Positions 25,360 through 36,269 of a stretch of DNA of 64,000 bases are shown one piece after another. Source of the DNA: Takakia lepidozioides (lineage: Eukaryota > Plantae > Bryophyta); assembly GCA_030704615.1 (NCBI GenBank), contig CM060731.1, positions 1,178,001 through 1,242,000 on the forward strand, given 5' to 3'. The first letter of the stretch is position 1; each line of letters opens with the position of its first letter. The position numbers and the translations under genes were made by a program. Below the pieces are notes generated by a model, which saw only the letters and a list, made by a program, of their open reading frames with translations, was not told where the DNA came from and made no database searches.

Positions 25360-28300
25360 GTGTACGAGAAGATGCAAATGGTGGCGGATGAGAACCCTTC
25401 GGGGGAGGGGAAGGAGATCATTGCTGATGTGGATGATGTGGACGATGAGTTCTATGAAAGCAAAGCTGCTGAGATGTTGGGAGGTCATAAGGTAAACTCT
25501 CAGCTTGTGGTGAGTATGCTTGCCCCGGGTGGGAGGTTGAAGATCCCCCTGTGTAGGTTGGTTTCCATGCTCGTCGTTCGTCCACCCCTCATCAAGGACA
25601 TCCTGAAGCCGGAGGCCGAGTTTGTTTATGGGTATTTGGATGGATCCGCAGTCTTTTACGTTTCTACAAAGGATTCCAGAGGCAATGAGCTCCTTGTGGA
25701 TGAGTCAATCGTGGACTCCTGGGATCCCATTTGGAGACAGGTGAACGAATCCTTCAAACTTCTTCTCTCCAGGAAACCTTCGACCCAGGCATTCTCAAGG
25801 AAGATGTTTCACGTATGGGATGGCAACCACCGGTTGCTTGCATGGATGGCTGTCATTGGGAGGCTGCACTCACAGGAGGAAGAGTGGCATTACTCTGTTC
25901 GATCGATGGTGCTGGATTGTGACGGGAACATGATGGGTCTTCTGACAGCAATGAATGATGTGAACATGTTGGTTTCTCATTCTACATGTTCCAGTTGTGG
26001 TTCCATTTCTCTTGCTGGTCAAGCTCATTTGTTCAACTGATGCCACCCTCCTTGCTGAACTCTCTGAAGAAACAAGATTGCCACACTGTGGCTCTCCATT
26101 TCCTCATGTATGCTTGGAAGGAGACCTTCGGTGCTGTCATGGTGATGCCATAGTCAGCCAGCTGAGTATGTAGAACCGACCGGGCCCTTTCCTCCAACTG
26201 CAAAATAATTCAAATGCAAGAATGAACCAAAAAACAATCACAGCCAATGTAACAGCCAATGGAAAGAGAAGGACAGAAAAAGCGAAAAGAAAGTGACACA
26301 GCAAAAGACATCATACCTGGCTCCAGTAAGTGGCCTTGTGAAGCCATGTGTCCAGCACATTGTCACTGACAGGAATGACATGCTGGGTCTTCTTCTCTTT
26401 CTCCAGCCTGGGGAACATGTGGGTATCCCTAACAGTGGGATTGGAGTTCCATATCTGTAGCCACTTCACCTTCTGTTCTGAAGACACAACGGTGGTAGAC
26501 AACCTGTGTAACTTCTCCTGGGCCATCTCTGGCTTGTCTGGCTTGTTGTAATGGTTATTCACCTCCAGAAGAAACTGTGATCCGAATGATGGGTCGGCAA
26601 TTCTCAACTGCTTAACAAAAGCACTCATAATAGTCCTTCTTGTGGCGGTCATCTCTTTCTTGATGTGACTCTCAACCCCTTTTGCTGTCCTTCTCTCCTC
26701 AGAAAGAGAGTTGTAGTATTCGGAGAGGAAGCCTGGAAACGATGTCTTTACAGGTGCGAAATGGACTGTGCTTCTTTGTTTTGCAAATACACACTCTCCT
26801 CCATCCAACCTGTTTTGGGCTGCCTCATATGAGTTTGCGGTGCCGCACACTCATTTGTTCTATCCCTGTGTAGTAACACCAAGGTGCACACCCTGGGCCC
26901 TTCAGGCTAATTTGTGTGCGGTGGTTGCAATGTACTGTGCAGCATACAGTTTTGGGGGGTCTTCCTGGTGTGGTGGAAAAGCTGAGAGACAATAATTGCA
27001 TTGCATAATGAGGCTGTCTCTGTTCCTGCAGGTACATAAAGTTTGTTCTCATGGAAGAGAACTGCTTGGACAAACATCCTGATTTTGTGGACCTTCGGCT
27101 TGTCCCTGTTGGCAACCAGACCATGTTTACTACTAGGATCTTGCATGACTGGGGCCCAGACCATCTTTTTGCTTGTGGTTGGTATTTGGATTGCCCTCCT
27201 TCTGAGACCCCAGCTCAGGAGGTGTCTTTGAGGAGAGAGAATGAGCGTATAGCAGCCACTGCCACAGCAGCCGACCTCGACATTCATGATAGAAATTTGA
27301 GGACTCTTGCAGAGAAGGAGCCTCCCGCTCAGGATACCCCGGGTAGAGGTAGAAAGGGAAAGGGAAAGGATGTTGCTGGTGGTGTGGGGAAAGGAAGGGG
27401 TAGGAGGAAGGGGGCACAAGGGCAGGTAGGTGGGCAGGGAAGTGTTGCAGATATTGGCCATGTGGTGCATGTCCAGCAGACTCCACCACATGGTAGGGGA
27501 TCCAGGAGAAAGAACAAGGGGGTGGTTGATCCCAAGGACCCGTACCATGCAGTGGAGCATCCCACGAGGGTCATTCGCCCTACCAGGTTGGAGATGGCCA
27601 ACGTCGGGTTCCTTGCCATGATGGAGTCCAAGAAATCTGATTACAAGGGCGAGCCATCACCAGTGTGGGAGAGGATTGTGGAGTTCCTCGGCACGGTGCG
27701 TGTTGTCTTTTGCTTCTTATCTATTGTGTGCAAGGATCGTTTCAATCCTCTTGAGCATTCCATTGCATGCTTGTTTGCAGGCTAAAATAACCAAATCCTG
27801 GGTGAACGGGAAGGAGAAGCCATATGCAGCCGAACTCATCATCTTGGATATCCCTGATGGGTTGCCAGTCTTGGATGTCCCTCCATTGGGTGCTTGTCCA
27901 GGTTGGAATGCTTTTGATGAGCGCTACTGGCGGTGGGTTTTCTCCTTTTGAAATTTCTTTCTGTCCGATGCAGGTGTTTTGGTGCTCATCCAGTCCATCG
28001 ACCTTTGCTGTCGCCGTGCACTTGCTATCTATTTGAAAGCCTCCGGTATGAGGGTCGTGAAGACATGGAATTGTGTGAACAGCATCTACCTGACGAAGGG
28101 GGATCGTCCGGGAGAGATGGTAAATCTGCCTTCTTGTTCCTCTTCTTGGTGGTTCTTGGATGGAGTTGCATAGGTCGCTCACACTCATATGTAGGGGCCT
28201 GGTTTAGAAGCTTCTTAGTTCCTTGTGGATGTCCTGTTCGCAGACTCGTTTGTTTGAAGCTGTTTGTCTCGTCCGAGTGCATCCACCTACAACTCCGGCC

Positions 28301-29221
28301 GTCATTAGGGAGTTCGCCATCACTCATGGGGGCAAGTTCATAGACGAGAGGACAGATCCTCCCATGGATGACATGCACCACAACTACGTCGACAACAACG
28401 TGTGCTTGCGAAGGGGGAATGGGTTCCTTGGAGAGGGGCGAGGGAGAGGAGCCCGGCTTTCATTCAAACGATTGTGGAATGTTGCACCTACACAGACGCT
28501 AGAGTTGTGGATTTGTCAATGGGCACAGGTTCGTCTCTTCAACATTCATATTTCTTGAGGTTTGTTTGAGCTTGCACTTTCAGCACTTCCCACCGTTCCA
28601 AATGTGTCTTCAATGTCTGTTTCCTTCATTCTATTCCACTGCAAGTGCTTCGTACCACGCTTGCAAGGCCAGTGCGCGACATCTCTTTGGGATTGAAGGG
28701 GATGCCGAGATTTACAAGAACCTCCTGATGGGTTTGGGTGGACACACTTCTCAAGTCCTTTCGAAGCCCCTTTCCGGTGATATTGTTACAGGGGAGACTT
28801 CCGACAAGGAGCTGGACTCCGACTTTGCCTGTGAGTAGTTCAACTTGTGGATGCTTACATTGTTGTTTCAATATCTAGAATCACTATTCTTAAGGCAAAG
28901 TGCATATGGGAGACATCCTCTTTGTTGGACTTGTGCATTGCATCATTGTGTTCAAAATGGGTTTTTGTCGACTTGTGCAGGAGTCCGCGTGCTTCCACTG
29001 ACCCTCCAAGGCTATCACACCTATTTGGACTTCTTTCAAGTCCTCCTCGGTCTTACGTGCTACCTGTCTATGCGGAGGCACTCGCAGCAAGCATGTCCGT
29101 TCATGGCACTCGCAGTCCACCCATCGACGGCCGTGGTAGAAGACGTGGTGTTGGGGCCAAAATCTTTGTGGATGACATAGCACAGGAGGTCGAGACTGAT
29201 TCTGATGACTGTGACACTTGA
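25360..29221 (+). pseudogene. Spliced ParB/Srx-like + beta-class N6A/N4C DNA methyltransferase-like protein, copy 2; 5'-truncated with an internal inversion
   Basis: ParB exon ~25360-25967 (FHVWDGNHRLLAW). Middle exon ~27030-27695 (CGWYLDCP). MTase exons ~27781-28120, 28174-28528 and 28644-28834 (AELIILDIPDG; RERSPAFIQTIVE; VVDLSMGTGASY..C....RHLFGIEGD). Last exon 28981-29221. Stop at 27949 and frameshift near 28428. Confidence 0.8.
26036..26722 (-). other. Inverted segment of copy 2 containing two middle exons
   Basis: Minus-strand peptides SEYY..TAKGV..QEKLHRL..WLHKATYWS and LEERAR..AYMRKW..CFFREFSKEG match copy-1 exons at 12.9-13.3 kb and 12.6-12.8 kb, while the flanking exons read on +. 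Confidence 0.85.
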
Positions 29222-29769
29222 TATGAAGTTTTCTTTTGCTTTTATTCGGGGCCAATTTTGAAATGGGATGGTTGTGTGTCCTTGTTGTCCTGTTTGCAAT
29301 GTGTGCGTGGGATGCAAATTCATGGGAACAAACTATCGTTGGAGATGGGGGTTGCATGGACTGCCCGGATTGTTCCTTCAATCTATTTAGTGTTTTGCGG
29401 AGCTCACAGGCTTGAGTGCATTGCAATAACAAACAAACGACTTTGGTTTGTGTAGAGCATTCTCGCATCATTTGCTCGTTGGTCTCCAAACCATTCCTGC
29501 TAGAAAAATGCTTGGTAAATCCATCACGGTGAAGCCCACGTGATCAAAGAGCGTTCAGGCATTCTCAATTCTGGTGAGCATCCATGATGCTCCCGCACAT
29601 ACCTGACATGTTTGCAAGGGTGGTGAGTAAGTGTGCACCTCCTCACGACGTACCTACATTCCAATGCAGGGGCTTGGTATGTTGATAACGTCTAAATGGA
29701 TGCAATGGATAGAAAGGATGGATACAACGGATGTAACACATCCAGTCTGCATTCCCTAGAAATGGCTGA

Positions 29770-29890
29770 TCAACCCGCGGTAATAGGTGACACCCACGGA
29801 AATAGGCCATGTATGCATGCTGACGTGGCGTGAGCCTGTGCTGGGTTCACGGTTTCCTGGGCTCACAGGCTCACACCTCCGGGCTCATGG
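29770..29890 (+). repeat. Putative element terminus 2 (downstream end of ParB-MTase copy 2)
   Basis: CCGCGG...CCACGGAAATAGG, then TGACGTGGCGTGAGC (15 bp identical to the reverse complement of terminus 1) and a GTGAGCCTGTG...CACAGGCTCAC stem-loop. It abuts a LINE fragment. Confidence 0.65.
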
Positions 29891-30480
29891 AATAGCACCC
29901 CCCATTGCCATGAGATTGTCTGATGAAAATGAAGTTAGGCAAAAAACTTCCCTGAACTTGTTTCCAGTCAGTGACATGGAGAAGGACATCTTGGATGACC
30001 TCAAGGGTCTACCCACTCTTGGCACTAGACTGAAATCTAAACTGAGGGCAGGAAGCCTACCTTTGAACAGCAAACAGAAGCAGAGAGGAAAGGGAGAGTG
30101 CAATTGCCAGTTGTGTGGGGCAATCTGAAGACAATACTCATTTTCTGATACACTGTCCGGGGTTCTCTCACCAAAGAGACGCTCTCTTCAAATCTATCAA
30201 GGGAATTGTGCATGTACCTCTATTTACCAACTTTGGAAGTCTCAAGGCTGAGCCAAAAGCCCAAGCCCTCCTGAGGCCTAGTTATTGGGCAAATCACACA
30301 CAGCAGATTGATGCTTGTGTGAAGGGATTTCTAGAGGATATCTGGAAAACCCATATCAATTCTATATATGAAGGTAAGTCTTACTACCAATGTTAGCCCC
30401 TGACAGAGGCAGGTTCTACCCCTTTTGTTTCCGCTCAAACTGGGTGCGGGGTCAATGGCCACAAGGCTACGGCAAACAAC
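29891..30480 (+). mobile_element. LINE ORF2 C-terminal fragment with CCHC zinc finger and 3' end
   Basis: KLRAGSLPLN...CQLCGAI*EDNTHFLIHC, a typical post-RT C-x2-C...H-x4-C knuckle. Confidence 0.7.
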
Positions 30481-30560
30481 GTCTTATGAGTACAATCTTT
30501 TTAACCTTTTCTGCACCCTCTCTCCCTTGTGGTTTGTTTATTTTTGTGAGTAGCAAAAAA

Positions 30561-30562
30561 GA

Positions 30563-30634
<72 letters not shown>

Positions 30635-30660
30635 ACAGAGAGGGACAGAGAGAGGGAGAG
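30561..30660 (+). repeat. (GA)n microsatellite
   Basis: About 32 perfect GA units at 30567-30630 with degenerate flanks. Confidence 0.97.
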
Positions 30661-31066
30661 ATCAAGAAACCAAAAAAAAGAAAATGGGGGGGGGGGAGTG
30701 ACTGAGCCCGTGGTGCTCAGCAGCTGCTGGTGGTGCTCAGTCACTCCCCCCCCCCCCCCCCACCTTTTTCTTTTCTCTTTGTTGCCCCCTCTCGAGACCC
30801 CGAGCACTTGCTGCTCTCAGCCCCCGACATGCTTGGTTTTTTTTGTTTTTGATCTGGAATGTAGAGGTTGTTTCCTAATGAGGCCAACTTGTGGGTTTGC
30901 TCTGTCAATCTGTTTGCTCTGCCGGCACGTGTGACGCGCCAGGGCGTCTCACGGTTAACCAGCCCCGTCGACAGCCACAGCCGGAGGGCTCGTCTGCCCC
31001 CCGAGGCCAGTACCCCCCCTCCGGGTGAGGGCTTCTACCCTGATACGCATTTTGGGGGGGGGCGGA

Positions 31067-34000
31067 CACTAGAAGAGAAACCGGCTTTTTCCACGGCTTT
31101 TTCCACACTTTTGCTGTGGAATCAGCCGCAGTCCACACCTGCCGTGGGTGTAAGGAACGACTAGTGCTTTCGGACACCCCGTGGACGGCCTGGCTCTCGG
31201 GTGGCCCTGTGGAAAAGTCCACGGGAGGCTTTTTCCATGGGTGGGCTTTTTTCACGGGGTGCATGGTGACATGGCCGATGGCATAGCTGACATGGCAGAG
31301 TGTGAAAAAGGCCAGTGTGGCATGTTTCACGGCGGATTTCACACCTTGAACAAGCCACTATGCGACACGTGTCATATTTCACACCTTTGACAAGTCACTA
31401 TGCAACACGTGTTCGTTCCTGTGTGGTGGTACACATTAATTAATTAATTATTTGCTTTCCAATATTAAGTTCGAATATTAATGGATTTAATTTATTATTA
31501 TTATTATTATTATAATAGGAAAAATGGACAGTGGCCTAGGTGAGAACATTATTAAATAACAAAATATTGAAATTATGTTTTTAGAAATTATATTTATTCG
31601 CTCAGATACCAAAACACACCCTTTGCAAGGAAGGAGAGTTTGCCTTAGTGTCTATGCTGAGTTGCGTCTCCTACTCTCTGTAATCTAATAGACATTCACC
31701 TTTTTCCCTCGGTTGTCCTACCCTTGACTGCGGTCAGAAAAACATTCATTCCACAACTTCTCCTCATCTTTGTTACATGTTTCTGGATACTTTCCTATTG
31801 TCACTTTGGCAGTATCATGTCAAAATCACTCCAAACTATGTACCATCTACCCATGCAGGTTTCTTGTGGCTAACCCTCCACAGGGAATCATAAATAATCT
31901 GGAGCTTGAAATCTGGCCCTCTTGGATGACACTCTATCCCTGCTCCTTCAACTATCCATGCCTCTGCACAGATCATGCATACATCATTGCATTGCTGCTA
32001 GCAGCTGACAATGGCAGCCTAGATTTGTTCCAGCAAACACCCAACTCAACTTATCACACCAGTTCCTATTCTCAATTGCATCTACCACTCTGTAATCCAA
32101 AGGCATTTACCTTCCAAGACGGTTGTTCCAACATTGACTGGGGTCAGAAAAGTATTCATTCCACAGCTTCTCCTCTCTGTTATCTATTTCTGGATACTTT
32201 CCTATTGTCACTTTGGCAGTATCATGTCAAAGTCACTCCAAACTATCAAAGGTTCACTCAACCAGCTAATTTGCAGAATTCTTAAAACATGAAAATTTAG
32301 GGTGATTATGATAAGAGGGGAAAACAGAGTGAAATGGGTTGAAGAAGATGCCTTGATTAGCATTGCCTGATTTTATCAATTGTGTCGCTGCTGTTGCGGC
32401 TTCCAGTTGACCATCTACCCATGCAGGTTTCTTGGAGCTATTTTTCCACGGGGAATCACCCCTTCCCACATCATTGCTCATAGGTCTCCAAAGCCTCCAT
32501 CCGCGCCCTTGTTGTGCATATCCTGCAATCATCGCACTCCACGACACCACATCTCGTTCAGCCATACTGTCAAACACTTCCTTTGCATCCTCGATGCACC
32601 CACATTTGGCATACATGCAGTCCACCAGGGCAGTGTTCATAATGACATTGGGTACAATTCCAGATTTGACGATGTCACCATGGACCTCTTTGCCCTTTTC
32701 CAGAGCTCCCAGGCTTGCACATGCATTACAAACAAATGTGATGTGGTTGGGCTTCACCCCTTCGCGCAACAGTTGCTCATAGGTCTCCAAAGCATTCCTA
32801 CTACACCCATGTTAAATCCTGCCAACATTATATTCAACGTGATCAAAGTTCGTTAGGCATTCCGTTGAACACTCGGTGTGCATTCATGATGCTCCTGCAC
32901 TTAACATACATGTTCACAAGGGGGTTGAGGAGAAAAACACTTGGTGTGAATCCACTTTGGATAATGTGACTGAAATGCTCCTTGGTTTAAAGGTTGTAGA
33001 GCCTCTTTCAGTCTGCCTGCCTCACAAAGCATCTTCACATGCCCAGAAGAGCAAGAAGAGGCATTATGGACTCCCTCTCTTCATCCTCTTTTAGAAGCTG
33101 TGGTATGGTTGAGGTGCCTGATTTAAATCAGGGCTGCCAGGCCTGCAATGCACACAAACATGATGTGGCCGGGCTGAACCCCTTCCCCCATCATTTGCTC
33201 ATAGGTCTCCAAAGCCTCCATCCCACGTCCCTGATGTGCATACCCTGTAAGCATCGCACTCCACGACACCACATCTCGTTCAGCCATAGTGTTGAACACT
33301 CCCTTTGCATCCCCGTTGCACCCACATTTTGCCTACATATCCACTAGGGTATTGTTCAAAATGACATTTGGTACAATTCCAGCTCTGAAGGTGTCACCAC
33401 GGACCTCCTTCCCCTTTTCCAGAGCTGCCAGGGCAGTGTATGGAATGACATTAGGTACAATTCCAGCTTTGATGATATCCCCATGCACCTATTTGCCCTT
33501 CTCCAGGGCTGCCAGGCTTGCAATGCATACAAACATGATGTGGCCGGGCTGGACCCCTTCCCCCTTCAGTTGCTCATAGGTCTCCAAAGCCTCCATCCCA
33601 CGTCCCTGCTGTGCATACCCTGTAAGCATCGCACTCCACGACACCACATCTCGTTTAGCCATAGTGTTGAACACTCCCTTTGCATCCCCGATGCACCCAC
33701 ATTTTGCATACATGTCCACTAGGGTATTGTTCAAAATGACATTTGGTACAATTCCAGCTCTGAAGATGTCACCACGGACCTCCTTCCCCTTTTCCAGAGC
33801 TGCCAGGGCAGTGTTTCGAATGACATTAGGTACAATTCCAGCTTTGATGATATCCCCATGCACCTCTTTACCCTTCTCCAGGGCTGACAGGCATACAATG
33901 CATACAAACATGATGTGGCTGGCTGGACCCCTTCCCCCATCATTTGCTCATAGGTCTCCAAAGCCTCCATCCCACGTCCCTGATGTGCATACCCTGCAAG

Positions 34001-36269
34001 CATCGCACTCCATGACAACACATCTCGTTCAGCCATAGTGTTGAACACTCCTTTGCATCCCCGATGCACCCACATTTTGCCTACATATCCACTAGGGTAT
34101 TGTTCAAAATGACATTTGGTACAATTCCAGCTCTGAAGGTGTCACCATGTACCTCCTTCCCTTTTTCCAGAGCTGCCAGGGCAGTACAATTACAGCTTTG
34201 ATGATATCCCCATGCACCTCTTTGCCTTTCTCCAGGGCTGCCAGGCCTGCAATGCATACAAACATGATGTGGTCGGGCTGGACCCCTTCCCCCAACAGTT
34301 GCTCATAGGTCTCCAAAGCCTCCATCCCATGTCCCTGCTTTGCATACCCTGCAAGCATCGCACTCCACGACACCACATCTCGTTCAGCCATAGTGTTGAA
34401 CACTCCCTTTGCATCCTCGATGCACCCACATTTTGCATACATGTCCACCAGGGTATTGTTCAAAATGAGATTTGGTACAATTCCAGCTCTGAAGGTGTCA
34501 CCATGGAATTGCCAGGGCAGTGTATGGAATGACATTAGGTACAATTCCAGCTTTGATGATATCCCCATGCACCTCTTTGCCCTTCTTCAGGGCTGCCAGG
34601 CCTACAATGCATACAAACATAATGTGGCCCGGCTGGACCCCTTCCCCCATCATTTGCTCATAGGTCTCCAAAGCCTCCATCCCACGTCCCTGATGTGCAT
34701 ACCTTGTAAGCATCGCACTCCACGACACCACATCTCGTTCAGCCATAGTGTTGAACACTCCCTTTGCATCCCCGATGCACCCACATTTTGCATACATGTC
34801 CACTAGGGTATTGTTCAGAATGACATTTGGTACAATTCCAGCTCTGAAGATGTCACCACGGACCTCCTTCCCCTTTTCCAGAGCTGCCAGGGCAGTGTTT
34901 AGAATGACATTAGGTACAATTCCAGCTTTGATGATATCCCCATGCACCTCTTTACCCTTCTCAAGGGTTGCCAGGCTTGCACAAGCATTGCAATGCACAC
35001 AAACATGATGTGAAAGGGCAAAACAGGTTGAAATAGGTCAAAGAAGAAGATGCCCTCACCACATTGTCCTTGAGGTTGTGTCATGACTTGACCGACCATC
35101 AACCCAAAAGGACCTCTTGTGTGTGCTGCTTGTGTCTGTAGTCAGGTAATGTCGGATTGGTCTGTGAGATCGAACCACCACGGTGTAGCTGAGTAGGCAG
35201 AGATTGAAACACGACCTGCTATGACCAAGCTAACTCTCCCAAGAACGGCAAGCTCGCAAGAATGTTGCGAGCTTCTCCTCGTCTCATCTCCTCCTCCTCT
35301 CCTCCTTCCTGCATCATTTGCTCAACGCCTCCATCCCACGCCCCTGCATATCCTGCGATCATCGCGTTCCATCCCTCGGCTACATGGTGTGGCGCAGGGA
35401 ACCAAAAAAAAACGCCAAGTCCTAGCCCTCCTCTGTGTTCACGATTACCCTAGTGGGCAACCTTATTAGCAACTTTTTGACTTTTTAACCTTTTGCACTT
35501 TGATTCATTCTAGGTCAGAGGCTAAAGTCCTGCTATCAGACTTGTCTAGAAAACCAAAACACCACGTAGATAAACATTTGATAATGGTAATAAAATATAT
35601 TACCATTGGGCTGGTTTGAACACTTGTTAGTAAATTTAGGTTAGGATTTATAGGTTAGGATTTTTTCGAAATATTCTGGTTTTTTCTTTGATGTGTGAGA
35701 TGACAAAGTCCAAGCATGTCACATAAACAAGGAGTTCAACGTAAGGATGATGCAAGTGATTTGTGGCAAAAAGTGTAAATCATGCCTATGCCTATTTGTC
35801 CTAGTTGTGTCATAGGTTGCAACGGAATGAGGCCACCTTTGAATGCGATCCCCATGCTCATTTCACCAAGGGCATTATAGACTTCATAATGTAGAGATTG
35901 AAAATGGGGTGTATTCTTCACTTGCTAGTACCATCGTGCAGATTTCTAAACATGAACATGAAGTTCATAATCATTTTCCAAAGGCATCATTCTCAAACTC
36001 CCCATACACCACAATCAGTGGAAATAATTGTATGTTCCCATTTCACACAGGTGTGTAACATGCCATGTAAACTAAGCCAACCCCTGTCATGCTCATGGCT
36101 ATTTTCACACCGTTCTTGCCTGGGGTGTGGACCACATGTGAGACACCCCACAGTTAGGGCATATTTAGACCCACACCTTGGCTCAGTGTACAGACCCGTG
36201 ATAAAAGTCGTGGAATGTGCCAGGTGTGAGATGGCAGAGCCGAGGAAAAAGCCGGTTTCTCTTCTAGTG
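31067..36269. mobile_element. Non-autonomous CACTA element carrying captured PPR sequence (Pack-CACTA-like)
   Basis: Perfect 26-bp TIRs CACTAGAAGAGAAACCGGCTTTTTCC / GGAAAAAGCCGGTTTCTCTTCTAGTG, subterminal TTTCCACGG/CCGTGGA/TTTCACAC repeats, and flanks GGA/AGA (3-bp TSD with one mismatch). Confidence 0.88.
32440..35010 (-). pseudogene. PLS-class pentatricopeptide repeat pseudogene; tandem array of ~360-bp units
   Basis: Repeated GIVPNVILNNTLVDMYAKCGCI.DAK.VF.TMAERDVVSWSAML.GYA.QG.GMEALE. About five near-identical units at 33130-34935, with frameshifts. Confidence 0.9.

Noticed and set aside
9425-29890. One 20-kb element bounded by termini 1 and 2 as TIRs
   Set aside because: The termini are only patchily similar, there is no TSD, and the outer flanks are LINE pieces in opposite orientation that do not rejoin. 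Two independent copies fit better.
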